From the NCBI GenBank assembly GCA_044440125.1, contig JBITAJ010000022.1, forward strand, positions 387,731 through 451,730: a DNA stretch of 64,000 nt. Reading direction: 5' to 3'. The position numbers were made by a program, and so were the translations under genes. Positions 41,001 through 49,256 of the stretch are shown here, piece after piece. The notes beneath the pieces are model-generated. The model worked only from the letters and a program-made list of their open reading frames with translations, made no database searches and was not told where the DNA came from. Position 1 is the first letter of the stretch, and the number at the start of each line of letters is the position of its first letter. The stretch comes from Sedimentisphaeraceae bacterium JB056 (GTDB lineage Bacteria; Planctomycetota; Phycisphaerae; Sedimentisphaerales; Sedimentisphaeraceae).

Positions 41001-42778
41001 GCGACCTTGTAAAGTGCATTTATAGTCCTGTCTGAGGTAATATTACTTAAAGGTTTATCCCATTTATCAAACACCCAACCTGTTGCGGCTATAACTGTTG
41101 GTGCCGCGGCTGATTCTCCGTAAGCAACAACCTGCTGAGCGTTACCTGACGTTATAATGCCATGATCGCCCGGATTGAAGCTGACATTGAAAGTTTTTCT
41201 GTCATATTGAGCTGTGACTGTAATATTTTCTGTCACATAATTGAACCCCCTGCTCCATCCGGAAAATACCCATCCTTCATCTGCCGACACACCAGGTGCT
41301 ATTGCTGCTCCCTGATGAGGAACGGTCTGAATAGTCTCCCCTGACAAGCTGCCATGATCACCACCAGTAAAAGTTACGGTCCACTCATGAGGTGTATATA
41401 AAGCAGTAACTGTAACATCGCTCGTGATATTAGTAAAGCTGCTGTCCCAACCCGAAAATTCCCACCCATAATCTGGTGTTATCTCAGGAGAAACTGCATC
41501 TGCCCCTTCCACAACAGTTTGCTCGGAATTTCCACCAGTTATAGTACCGTGAGAACCCGCTGTAAATGTAACAGTATAAGTTTTGACTTCTGGAACTATA
41601 TTCAGAATGTAAGGAGCAACAAAAGAACCTAAGTCTGAATTTGCCTGAAAATCAAAAGTCTCCTGAATTTTATATATCTTATCCTCTGCGGCATCATAGA
41701 CTTTTAAACTCATACCTGAAACATATGAACTTTCGCTGAAAACAGTCATCATAAATGCCATACCGGCCGGCCCGCTGAAGACTTCTGTGGAACCGGCAAT
41801 ATCTCCTGAAGGCGTCCATGCAGAAAGCATACTTGTATCACTATCACCAATAAAATCCTGGCCGTTTTTAACCTGCGCATACACTATCATCGAATTCTGC
41901 AATCCTGTTGGAGATGGCCAGTCAGGTCTGCCGACTGCTGATTCATACTGAGCCGTAACTGTAAGATCACTCGTCACATAACTGAATGAAACATCCCAAC
42001 CGGTAAAATTCCAGCCGGTTTTAGCAACAACAACAGGTTCGGTTGCCGCATTTCCATATTCAACTTCTTGAACAAGCTCACCAGAAGTTATGATACCATT
42101 CTGACCGGGATCAAAAGTCACTGTATAATTTTCAATCTCACGATACTGAGCAGTCACTGTCATATCTTCTGTAACATTGCTGAAACTCTTGTCCCAACCG
42201 GTAAAAACCCATCCTGATTCGGCTGTTATTGCCGGAGCTTCCGCTGGCTGTCCCTCCTCTACAACCTGAATTGCTTCACCTGAAGCTATTGAACCATGCT
42301 CACCGGCATTGAAAGTCACAGTATATGAATTTGAAGTTTCTGCTGCAGTATTAAACACCTCAGGAGAAAACAGGGAACCAACACTGGAACCGGCCAAGAA
42401 ATCTATTGTACCCTGCAGGTCATAAACTTTATCTGAAGCAGCATCATAAACTTTCATGGTCATACCTGACACAGATGTTTGATTGCTGAAAACAGTACAA
42501 CTGAAAAGCTTTCCCATAGGCCCTGTAATAACATCGGTTGAACCAGCAATACTTCCGTCAGGAGCCCATACAGAAAGTTTACTGCCTTCTGAGGTGGCAA
42601 TTTGACTGCCATCCTGATTGGCCTGAACATATGCGATCATCTGGTTTTGAATACCGCCGGGCACAACCCAGTCATCGGGAGCGGCCGCCTGTAAATTAGC
42701 AGAATTAAGAATGATTATAAGAGCTGTTAAGACGTAAAAAAACTTCGATTTGACAAAATTTGCACTCATAAAACACAC
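32075..42778 (-). CDS. Giant (3567 aa) secreted surface protein with InlB-B/Flg_new-like repeats, CARDB, Ig-like (Big), PKD-like and dockerin-like modules
   Basis: Signal peptide; repeated YTVTF..G.HG...P..GW.F.GWD..F..VT.D.TVTA.Y; repeated D....i.E.nE.NN (CARDB); D..GP...FSE (Ig-like); DLNDDGIVDDFDL tag. Confidence 0.85.
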   Translation of the reverse strand: MCFMSANFVKSKFFYVLTALIIILNSANLQAAAPDDWVVPGGIQNQMIAYVQANQDGSQIATSEGSKLSVWAPDGSIAGSTDVITGPMGKLFSCTVFSNQTSVSGMTMKVYDAASDKVYDLQGTIDFLAGSSVGSLFSPEVFNTAAETSNSYTVTFNAGEHGSIASGEAIQVVEEGQPAEAPAITAESGWVFTGWDKSFSNVTEDMTVTAQYREIENYTVTFDPGQNGIITSGELVQEVEYGNAATEPVVVAKTGWNFTGWDVSFSYVTSDLTVTAQYESAVGRPDWPSPTGLQNSMIVYAQVKNGQDFIGDSDTSMLSAWTPSGDIAGSTEVFSGPAGMAFMMTVFSESSYVSGMSLKVYDAAEDKIYKIQETFDFQANSDLGSFVAPYILNIVPEVKTYTVTFTAGSHGTITGGNSEQTVVEGADAVSPEITPDYGWEFSGWDSSFTNITSDVTVTALYTPHEWTVTFTGGDHGSLSGETIQTVPHQGAAIAPGVSADEGWVFSGWSRGFNYVTENITVTAQYDRKTFNVSFNPGDHGIITSGNAQQVVAYGESAAAPTVIAATGWVFDKWDKPLSNITSDRTINALYKVAEFTVIFDAGDHGFINGQRTFSTTVTYGQSATAPEVTVNEGWIFQQWQGDYSNITSDITIYASYTHVPMPDIAADTQVEQIYAGINENVQVSFAISNTGDLATGDIVVDFQKYTNGNWITTAGGRQTISSLAAGESRNESFAFFTDDRIESYQFRLFCDSVYSINESNENNNISAIKTVTVSMPELEVESLVLSPENCVSQQQVTVSGWFKNSGNKAATATCAIYVKEQSVWVNIAQQSWEFAAGQRRNLTVAISGYELGQYEFKAVIDETGEVDEITETNNVKDGVILTIADPDLKVLSITADHESVLPSEVTTLKIDIYNDSFSKCIWPFAVSVEIQDGSGNWSNIDTVNISEIAGKQNKELTVEYTAPSEFGSYQFRATIDSLQEITESNELNNSLIDASITVEDVDLVASNIFVGGNGKVGVPFDVNWTATNMGETRSNFLTWRDVVYISDSPDFEQGNKRVIGTDILSNMMIEAGGSYDAFASCEFINGDEGQKFIFIRLNNTSSLVETDYVNNVAGPFAVDILPSDKSDLYPVSLYLPAIVETGQQCQVSWTAVNQGNNTTSNANGVLQSSWYDKLYLSSDNTISGDDIVLGQALIQNSVEAGSNYSKTKIVTIPMTVAEGDYYIIVALDSNNNVYESDDNNNIIVSNSSFSVKAGEGDVTGPWVTDISVAGTLNAPFNSFEITFSEQIDASTFTTEDIAFVSSSDGSIDVSTISAVEGSGGSRFLLSFAQQDTDNNYVLRVGPEVSDISGNQMDQDMDLTAGENNDYFEARFSLQMSVEDTISPFITSVYPLEFIDSIDRIYVQFSEAMDSSTIDFEDFILTDSDGQQYAGIGWNFEGSSTYRINFANIEAAGQYTLNIYPYMSDLYGNSLDQDGDGVGGQLDSDIYTDDVSLTITIDNTAPYLIGLGTTGFDEPVSSITAVFSEEVIFGVGDIAITDPDGYNVPVISVVQDSVAINKYNVTIPSQSIEGIYSVDVSAANITDGSGNGLIEDWSGEFTIDYDSGSGGLEDIAGPVVIDVKPDYEISLLSYVEVYFNEAIDRDSLQVSDFVLTDPLGNAVTINDIIKYSDSVYRIFPVVGQSRIGSYGFAVLPSISDISGNLMNQDQDQINGEVGSDGFSQTINIIGYPDLEIASYDISTVAVNGQALPISLEVVNNGLGAVYNEIYRSGWTDSVVLSSDMIYGNSDDINLGTFVHGGDLASGSSYQINDTVNIPEWVFGNFNLIVMIDKNDNITELENDDNILIAPIRVRTVDVGLASSDITYMPLAPSLETGFVVSANIHNYSEQSAVADVYFYDGQESQDDLIAVSSAVTIEAESEKLVSAPNYTTDIEGGHKLIVVLENISPTDRISTNNKASRYIVVGPVSYELSVSMDSFQCWPGAELDIPVTIRNTGANPLTINQLSVQSDIADWFSLDSNVQGTVLGVGDSITAILGLSVTNQQIEDVYEYLCTVTVQTNNGIFTDQAMVELLPEPESTIEVRLFEQDTEKVLRGAMVMIDGNSDTYYTDYYGMVNIPAAAGSTKLYFYAENHHPKAVEIDAAPGENSLTEYLEEGVPLEVQSVVVRRLTAQEIVDRGVDLADPENYWIYDFEIDLGLNSSGASNSGSSGSSLVVPSVPMPLDIDEPVTFRRYIPANEIADIANVDTSSGYTVIGHIRRYQNNIDPEARVETYMIIPGDVRFAKEFFDVTTVIINNAQAPDPEDITIENTTATINLPAGISLPELFGSAQSATQLLSDDGILLAGEKAQATWTIRGDYPGKYVVSVDASGNIQPFDIDLAAYGESDEFEVAYPSYYMVIDYPDEVYKDQEFDLDIYIENTNTSSLNFATVTLDTELMRNARLTIGENSSKTITEILPQETGKFTFTMISEVNGRVVVKETAMEEKLFVTANGVSISEAVIPEDNGGITKGEPLVISGKGFEGFVEIVGAAADAGEDINGYVGDQIQLDGSGSSNADQYLWEIISRPIGSTAVIADPENMTTIFVPDVSGQYVFQLSVASAGLWGQSDTVSLTAEYKYHTITASVDGNGTVSPEGQSSVREGDDFAVTMNPDTGYYISDVIVDGISQSVSDSYTFYDVQQDHSIVVKYLIYMYDVEFNSGEHGMLTGELSQTVSYGSFAIAPSVEAEYGWDFAGWDVSFDSVTSDLTVTATYSRHAWTVSFLAGDHGSLSGDTVQQVTHESSAAAPTVTPAYGWDFTGWDVSFDSVTSDLTVTATYSRHAWIVSFLAGDHGSLSGDTIQQVAHESSAAAPTVTPAYGWDFAGWNVSFDSVTSDLTVTATYSRHAWTVSFLGGDHGSLSGDTIQQVTHESSAAAPAVTPAYGWDFAGWDVSFDSVTSDLTVTATYSRHAWTVSFLAGDHGSLSGDTIQQVTHESSATAPVVEPDHGWDFAGWDISFDNVTSDLTVTATYSRHGWLVRFLAGEHGSLTGDDMQNIAHEGNAAPPQVTPAYGWDFAGWDKSFDNVTNDLTITATYARHEWTVSFAAGQHGVVAGASEHKIAHEDSATAPDIISDHGWDFTGWDSSIANVTADMVVTATYARHEWTVTYTAGGYGELIGETVQYILHESGAIAPVVRSDKEWCFAGWDSGFDIVTDDIVVSATYVPRNMDVADLNDDGIVDDFDLFLLSDQWLINDCQVDIHADNLVNLTDYAIFSDFWLDNATVKLELSLVPGWNWVSFNVLPEQNDVSNTLSDYVNIARNQDFIVSANGNNATYYEGNWYGTLKDIEPGKMYKIRSHLGGNFAVEGNYVDASKVINLVKGWNWIGYCLEESKSLAEALSNLNAQDNDYIVSPEGQNATYWGGQWYGTLKELRPGTGYMLRIKQATTFSYASDITVSSIKAEKALFKTQEVPLIMTQGVSEVNQTETIEWQNPEGMAYSMAAYAKLDTESGLVISSDSVLSAWKDGEMLGCSKLCNGPYGDLFILVIFSHEPELSAIEFKLYQPETDEVLELGNGLDFVSDDIIGSIEQPILVGL
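33755..34615. repeat. 192-bp near-identical tandem repeat array inside the giant gene
   Basis: CCAAGCATG recurs at 33947, 34139, 34331 and 34523 (192-bp period = 64 aa). Confidence 0.9.
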
Positions 42779-43344
42779 ACCTTACTTGTTAATTAAAACC
42801 GTAAAAATTCAACTATAATCCGTTATATTCAAAGAATCATCTGCTAAGATATTTTTTGCATATTTTACTGATGAAACTTCTCAAAATTATTAGCATATCA
42901 ATAAAGCAAAACCTGAAATTACATCATAAATCGTAAAATTACAAATACTTCTACTCCATAGTGCTTATCTCTGAGAATTGATACAATAACTGCTTCAACA
43001 CGAACAATGCTGAATTATAAATATTTTACTATTAATTTCAATAAAACACACCGTAAAACAGCACACAAAAGATGCCGTCAACTTAGAAATAAAAATCCGA
43101 CTAACCCTTAAAATATAAAACTATAACTTCATTATAAGTCACTGCAGCATCCAATCAAAGCTTTTTTCATAATAAAACCTAAAAAAACACTTTTATAGCC
43201 GGAATACTTTGCCACCGTTTGCAAACTCCAATTTGACTTTTATTTATGTTTTATATATAATACAGTAGTTAGTTATTGTCTGGCGAACTGGAGGAAAACC
43301 AAAGTTGCCGAAGGAAACAATGTTTTTTCAGAAGAATATGATCA

Positions 43345-45342
43345 ATGAAGCAAAGCAATCAGGAGAATTTAATTCAAGAAACATCAGAAATACAGACAAT
43401 TTTTGATGTGGCTCCTACGGGGATGCTCCTCATAGATTCATGCAGAAGGATCATAAAGACAAATATAGCATTTTCTAAGCTTATAGGTAAGAGCAAAGAC
43501 GAATTTCTTGGCGAAAAACTTGGCAATGGCATCAATTGTTTTAGTTCAAAAGTTGCAGGAGGTTGCGGCAGCAGCAATGATTGTTTTGAATGCAAAATAA
43601 GGCGAGCCATCGAAGACACTCTTAAGACAGAAAGAGAAATTAAGAACATTGAGCTTAGCAAAACTCTAATGATTGATGGCAAAAGAAAGAGATTCTTCTT
43701 TTCTTTGAACACAAGCTTAATCAAATTCAATAACACTCAACATATAATATTGGCTATTTCTGATATAACTGAAACAAAACAGGAATATCTTAAAAAGATT
43801 AAAGAGACAAATGCACTGCTGCTTTCTCTTTTAGATTCAATACCGGACATCATCGTATTCAAAGACCTTGAAGGCAGATATCTTGTTAGCAACAAAGGAT
43901 TTACAGACCTTGTAGGTTTAAGCAGCGATCAGGTAATAGGCAAAACCGACCACGATTTCTTTGAGAAACAAACAGCCGATATTTTCAGAAAAAATGATTT
44001 GGACATGCTTGAAAACAACTGCAGCAAGCATTACCGGGAATCCATAACAGACCCCAACGGAACAATTGTACCTTTTGACACTATCAAAACACCATTAAAG
44101 AATGCAGATGGCAAGACAATAGGCATATTAGGCATAGCAAGAGACATAACAGACATAAAAGAAAAAGAAAAGAGTCTCCATGAAGCTATAACTAAAGCAG
44201 AAAAAATGGCTGATATCGCAGAAACTGCAAACAATGCAAAAGGACAGTTTCTTGCTAATATGAGCCATGAACTGCGCACACCGCTTAATTCCATAATAGG
44301 ATTTGGCGATATGCTTAGCGATACAAAACTAAATGCACACCAAAAGGATTTCGTTGACATAATAAGCAATCAGTCATCTCTGCTGCTTCAACTTGTTAAT
44401 GACATACTTGATTTCTCAAAGATAGATGCAGGGAAACTCAAATTAGAAATCAGAAAAAGCAACCTTAAAGAAATAATTGCAAATTTACGTACTATTTTCT
44501 CAACATCAGCATCCAGAAAAGGTATCGGATTCCAGATAACATATTCAAAAGACTTGCCCGATATAATAATTACAGACCCGGGAAGACTTTATCAGTGCTT
44601 TAACAATCTTATAAATAATGCAATAAAATTCACAGACAAGGGCAAAGTAAGCCTTGATATATATACTGAAGAAATTAATAAACAGGAATACATACGCTTT
44701 GATATCTCGGATACAGGAATTGGGATCCCCAAAGACAAGCAGGAATATATATTTGATTACTTTACCCAGATAGATTACAGTCACACCAGAAGATACGGTG
44801 GATCAGGGCTTGGGCTGGCAATCACAAAAAACATTATTGACATGCTTAACGGCAGACTAAATCTTGAAAGTGAAGAAGGAAAAGGCTCCACATTCAGTAT
44901 GTCAATACCCCTTAAAACAGTAGATAACAAGAATTCTGAACCGCAAACTAAAAGACAAAGACAGAAAAAGTACGAAAAATTCAAAGGTTCCGTTCTTGTT
45001 GTGGAAGACTCTTTAATGAATCAAAAAGTAGTCAAACTCATGCTTGAAAAATTAGGCCTTGATGTCTACGTTGCTAATGATGGAGCAATAGCTATAAAAA
45101 TGGTCAAGGCCAAAGAGTTCGACATGATTTTCATGGACATACAAATGCCAAATATGAACGGCTATGATTCAACCGTCAGAATGCGGGAATTAGGAATCAA
45201 AACCCCTATAATAGCCCTCACCGCAAACGTAATGAAAGATGACAAAGATAAATGTCTGGAAGCAGGCTGTAATGACTACATACCTAAGCCTTTAGAGATA
45301 CAGATGCTTGTAGACGTATTAAAGAAACATCTCAAAAAATGA
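43345..45342 (+). CDS. Cytoplasmic hybrid sensor kinase (PAS-PAS-HisKA-HATPase-REC)
   Basis: FLANMSHELRTPLN, NAIKFT, DTGIG, GGSGLGL and FMDIQMP motifs; no TM segment. Confidence 0.92.
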   Translation: MKQSNQENLIQETSEIQTIFDVAPTGMLLIDSCRRIIKTNIAFSKLIGKSKDEFLGEKLGNGINCFSSKVAGGCGSSNDCFECKIRRAIEDTLKTEREIKNIELSKTLMIDGKRKRFFFSLNTSLIKFNNTQHIILAISDITETKQEYLKKIKETNALLLSLLDSIPDIIVFKDLEGRYLVSNKGFTDLVGLSSDQVIGKTDHDFFEKQTADIFRKNDLDMLENNCSKHYRESITDPNGTIVPFDTIKTPLKNADGKTIGILGIARDITDIKEKEKSLHEAITKAEKMADIAETANNAKGQFLANMSHELRTPLNSIIGFGDMLSDTKLNAHQKDFVDIISNQSSLLLQLVNDILDFSKIDAGKLKLEIRKSNLKEIIANLRTIFSTSASRKGIGFQITYSKDLPDIIITDPGRLYQCFNNLINNAIKFTDKGKVSLDIYTEEINKQEYIRFDISDTGIGIPKDKQEYIFDYFTQIDYSHTRRYGGSGLGLAITKNIIDMLNGRLNLESEEGKGSTFSMSIPLKTVDNKNSEPQTKRQRQKKYEKFKGSVLVVEDSLMNQKVVKLMLEKLGLDVYVANDGAIAIKMVKAKEFDMIFMDIQMPNMNGYDSTVRMRELGIKTPIIALTANVMKDDKDKCLEAGCNDYIPKPLEIQMLVDVLKKHLKK

Positions 45343-45349
45343 GCGTAAA

Positions 45350-46600
45350 TCATTGCTCATTTGCAAATCTAACAATCTGCTCTTTAGCATATTCATAATA
45401 TTCAGGCGGCACAGGATGAGCATTCAATGGCGCATGAAGCATCTCTTTGTCTCCCAGATATGAATTATACGCGGCATAAACACTGGTTGGACGGCAGACA
45501 TTGTCAATAAATCCACAAGAAAATATCGCCTTGGCATTAGCACGGCGAGCAAAATTAACGCCGTCATTATACATCGATGCGTCAAGTATTTGTTTATTAT
45601 AGCTGCCGTCAGATTCTTTAGGCACAAATTTAGGCCAGCCGTTAATATGACCGCCATGATCACACATTGCGGTTACTCCGCTAAATATTATATTTACGTC
45701 TGAATCAAGGCCTGCCGCGGCCAGGCTCTGTGCACCACCTTGGCTTGCACCATACGCCGCCAAGACTTCACCGTTCCATTCAGGCTGAGATTTTAGAAAC
45801 TCAAGACCTCGAAGCACCCTTGTGAACATACCGGTAAAATAACTTGTATATTGATTCTCTTTGCCCCAGTGACGATAATTTTTAAGCACAGTCTGATACA
45901 GCTCCGCATAATACTCCGGTTCTCTGCCGTTCACAACACCATTGGCGTTTATCTCCAGTGCGATAAAACCCCTATCTGCAAAATAGGTGATAATATCTTT
46001 CCTTGCACTTGCCACCCCTGCTCCATGCAATGAGATAACCGCAGGACACCCTTTCTTCTCAGCATCCTTTGGACGGCAATAATAACCATAAACCTGCTTG
46101 CCAAGACAATCTGTAGTCAAATCATAAGTCACTACATCATCACTTTCTGATTCTATTTCGACCATCTCTGGATTTATAGGTATACAGGCAAGCTGCCTTT
46201 TCCTTTGCTCCCAGAAGAAATCAAAATCCGTCGGCATAACTGCTGCCGGCTTAATCTGCGTAGGCTCGAACGCCGCTCCAGCCGCGACAATACTCTTATC
46301 TTCTGCACTGTCAGCCTGAAAAGTAAAATCACACCTGAGAAATCCGGGATTATTCAAGGTTGAAACCAGCTCGAATGTATTAGAAGCCAGAACTATCTGC
46401 CCCTTGTCAATCAGATCGTTACCATCAAATGTAACTTTCCAGCTGAGTTTTCCCGGCTCATTGGTTTCAAACATAAACTTTACCGGTTCGCCTACCTTAT
46501 ATAAAGCATCTGTCCTATCGGTTTTAGCTGAGATTACAACTTCTCCGAAGAGATTAAATGCCAGAACGCAAATACTAAGTGCGAAAAATATTTTTTTCAT
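45350..46600 (-). CDS. Secreted acetylxylan esterase-like hydrolase (CE7/AXE1)
   Basis: Signal peptide; HGAG, GASQGG nucleophile motif, GFIDNVC and C-terminal His. Confidence 0.85.
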   Translation of the reverse strand: MKKIFFALSICVLAFNLFGEVVISAKTDRTDALYKVGEPVKFMFETNEPGKLSWKVTFDGNDLIDKGQIVLASNTFELVSTLNNPGFLRCDFTFQADSAEDKSIVAAGAAFEPTQIKPAAVMPTDFDFFWEQRKRQLACIPINPEMVEIESESDDVVTYDLTTDCLGKQVYGYYCRPKDAEKKGCPAVISLHGAGVASARKDIITYFADRGFIALEINANGVVNGREPEYYAELYQTVLKNYRHWGKENQYTSYFTGMFTRVLRGLEFLKSQPEWNGEVLAAYGASQGGAQSLAAAGLDSDVNIIFSGVTAMCDHGGHINGWPKFVPKESDGSYNKQILDASMYNDGVNFARRANAKAIFSCGFIDNVCRPTSVYAAYNSYLGDKEMLHAPLNAHPVPPEYYEYAKEQIVRFANEQ

Positions 46601-46874
46601 TTGAAAATCCTCTTCACAATATAATCATAAATATATCCAACGCATGCAATTATATACTATTACCAACCCGTATCAAGTCTGCTTGTCTGATTGGATAACA
46701 GTTTGAATATTATTACTCAATTAAGACTGTAAATCCACGTTATACATAAGATTGATGTCCATTCGAACCTGACATCATAAAAATCGGTTGAGTTTTACCG
46801 CTTTATTGATATACTTGCGGCCTGATTTGAAGGATTTGTCCATTTTTTTAACCAGATATAAAAGGTTTTCACAT

Positions 46875-47138
46875 ATGAAAAAATTTGAAGAACTATTTGC
46901 AGAACTCGAATCCAAAATAGCGTCAAAAGACCCAAATTCTGGAACAGTCAAAGAATTTGAAAAAGGTAAGCACTTTATAGGCAAGAAGATAGTTGAAGAA
47001 GCTGCCGAGGTATGGATGGCAAGCGAATTTGAAGGTAATGATAAAACAGCCGAGGAAATATCACAATTATTCTATCATCTTCAAGTAATGATGATCAGGT
47101 GCGGTCTTTCACTCGAGGATGTATACAAATACCTCTAA
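46875..47138 (+). CDS. hisE: Phosphoribosyl-ATP pyrophosphatase
   Basis: [13 protein letters not shown]...[12 protein letters not shown]; 87 aa from ATG 46875. Confidence 0.92.
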   Translation: MKKFEELFAELESKIASKDPNSGTVKEFEKGKHFIGKKIVEEAAEVWMASEFEGNDKTAEEISQLFYHLQVMMIRCGLSLEDVYKYL

Positions 47139-47147
47139 GAGATCAAT

Positions 47148-47200
47148 AATGGACAACGGATAGCAACAATAGCCTACCCGTTGTCCATTTTCTGTTTTCT
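47148..47200 (+). terminator. Intrinsic terminator between convergent hisE and fucU
   Basis: 12-bp stem AATGGACAACGG/CCGTTGTCCATT followed by a T-rich tract. Confidence 0.8.
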
Positions 47201-47626
47201 TTATTTTATAACGCCTTTTGTAAGCACGATATTGGCATAAAGTGCCGGTTCACTTGTTGTTACAACAGCATAAGCAGATTTTGCAACATCATAAAAACCG
47301 AATCTGTCAACAAAAGCGAAATCATCGAATTTCTCCCCGCTGTTCTTGATAACCTCTTTGTATGTATCCCAGATAACGGGCTTGTAATCATCTCCTGGAA
47401 CAACACTCATCAGCGTCACTGGATCAGAATAAGTATCAAGAGGGAACAGTTTCAATATCGCTTTAAGAACCTCAGGCACATTATGCCCATCACAACGTAC
47501 AAGTCTCTGTGCGCAAGCAGCACCGGGAAAATTACCGTCAGATATGACAAGCTGATCACCATGGCCCATCTCCATCAATATCTTTAACAATTCCGGCGAA
47601 ATAATATTCGGTATTCCTTTTAGCAT
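47201..47626 (-). CDS. fucU: L-fucose mutarotase / RbsD-FucU family
   Basis: MLKGI, MGHGD..VISDGNFP, RFGFY and YANIVLTKGV motifs. Confidence 0.9.
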   Translation of the reverse strand: MLKGIPNIISPELLKILMEMGHGDQLVISDGNFPGAACAQRLVRCDGHNVPEVLKAILKLFPLDTYSDPVTLMSVVPGDDYKPVIWDTYKEVIKNSGEKFDDFAFVDRFGFYDVAKSAYAVVTTSEPALYANIVLTKGVIK

Positions 47627-47870
47627 AATTACTCCACAAAATATAAAACCACATTTGATAAGAAAATTAATAAATCTAACTCCAGAAATTATACTTCCCA
47701 AAAACTTTTTGCCAACAGAAATATTGATTTTGAGGATTTACTTGCGTTCAGAGCATTTTTTATATAACATATCCCCTTGCCTTGTTTAAGTTTGTAACAA
47801 CGATTAATTCAGGCAATATAATTCCCAAAAACTAATTAAGTAACCCGATATTTAGAATTTAATATAAAAA

Positions 47871-49256
47871 ATGAAACTTTTCATAAAGAGTTTTGGCTGT
47901 CAGATGAACAAGCTTGATACCGGTCTTGTGAGCAGTGCTTTTCAGGAAGCTGGCTATGAGCTTACCGACAACGAAGATGATGCAGATCTGGTATTCATGA
48001 ATACTTGTTCAGTACGAGAAAATGCGGAGAAACGTGTATTATCACGCCTGGGCTACTTCAAGCACCTCAAGAAAACCAAACCCGATCTCATAGTCGGAGT
48101 CATAGGCTGTATGGCTCAGCGTCTCGGTGACGAACTTCTGAAAAACGAAGCGGTCGATATTGTATGCGGCCCTTCTCAGATACCGAATCTTCGTCAGATA
48201 GTCGATGATTTTAAGGAAAAACACCAGAAAATAGCGACCGTCTCCGCCGACATACGCAGTAAACCTGAAGAGACCGAGCAAAAGACACTCGACAATTTTG
48301 AATTCGCCTACGACAGCGATCAGGAAAACATAAAGGGACAGGCATTTGTAAGAGTAATGCGAGGATGTAACAATTTCTGCAGCTACTGCATTGTGCCCTA
48401 CGTCAGGGGTCCCGAAGTTTCAAGACCGCCTCAGCAGATACTTCAGCAGATAAGAAAGCTGACTGAAACCGGCGTAAGACAGGTAACACTGCTCGGACAG
48501 ACAGTCAATTCATATAGCTACACAGAAAACGGCAAAACCTATATGCTTGGCGATCTTCTGGAAATGATAGCAGAAATAGACCAGATCAAATGGATTCGAT
48601 TCATAACAAGTTATCCAAACTTGAAATATGATGAGCCGCTTTTCAAGGCTATGGGACAAATAGAAAAAGTATCACCATATCTGCACATGCCGGCTCAGAG
48701 CGGTTCAAACAATATACTCAAAGCAATGAACAGAAAATACACAGCAGAGCAATATCTTGACATGCTGGCATTGGCCAGAGATTATGTCCCCGACATTGCG
48801 ATAGCCAGTGATTTCATTGTAGGTTTCCCCGGTGAAACTGACCAAGACTACCAGCAGACTGTTGAGCTTGTTCAAAAAGCCTTTTATAAGAATATTTTCG
48901 TATTTAAGTATTCGCCGCGGCCGGGGACAAAAACCGATCGCAAACTGGAAGACAGTGTGCCCGAAGAAGTTAAAAAAGAGCGTAACAACCATCTTCTTGG
49001 AATACAGGAGCCGATAAGCGGTAGGTTCAACGAACAGTTCATGGGCAAAACGGTCGAAGTGATGGTTGAAGGACTGAGTAAGAAACCTCACCTCAATAAT
49101 GCCGATGGATTAAATAACCCACAACTTATAGGCAGAACTTCACAGGACGGCATAGTAGTATTCAACGGCCCTGAATCACTGAGCGGCAGCTTCGCGAAAG
49201 TAAAAATCAACAAAACCGCCCCGCTGACATTGTTCGGTGAACTGGAAGGATACTAA
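47871..49256 (+). CDS. miaB: tRNA-2-methylthio-N6-isopentenyladenosine synthase
   Basis: FGCQMN, NTCSVRENAE, GCMAQ, CNNFCSYC radical-SAM motif and C-terminal TRAM domain. Confidence 0.95.
   Translation: MKLFIKSFGCQMNKLDTGLVSSAFQEAGYELTDNEDDADLVFMNTCSVRENAEKRVLSRLGYFKHLKKTKPDLIVGVIGCMAQRLGDELLKNEAVDIVCGPSQIPNLRQIVDDFKEKHQKIATVSADIRSKPEETEQKTLDNFEFAYDSDQENIKGQAFVRVMRGCNNFCSYCIVPYVRGPEVSRPPQQILQQIRKLTETGVRQVTLLGQTVNSYSYTENGKTYMLGDLLEMIAEIDQIKWIRFITSYPNLKYDEPLFKAMGQIEKVSPYLHMPAQSGSNNILKAMNRKYTAEQYLDMLALARDYVPDIAIASDFIVGFPGETDQDYQQTVELVQKAFYKNIFVFKYSPRPGTKTDRKLEDSVPEEVKKERNNHLLGIQEPISGRFNEQFMGKTVEVMVEGLSKKPHLNNADGLNNPQLIGRTSQDGIVVFNGPESLSGSFAKVKINKTAPLTLFGELEGY

Noticed and set aside
43215..43224. 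CCGTTTGCAA shared with 63868-63877 upstream of secreted-protein genes
   Set aside because: A single 10-mer match in 64 kb without palindromic context can arise by chance.
43282..43345. Hairpin GGCGAACT...AGTTGCC and an out-of-frame ATG with a T6 run before the kinase
   Set aside because: No riboswitch consensus; a 6-T run is unremarkable at this AT content, so phase variation is unsupported.
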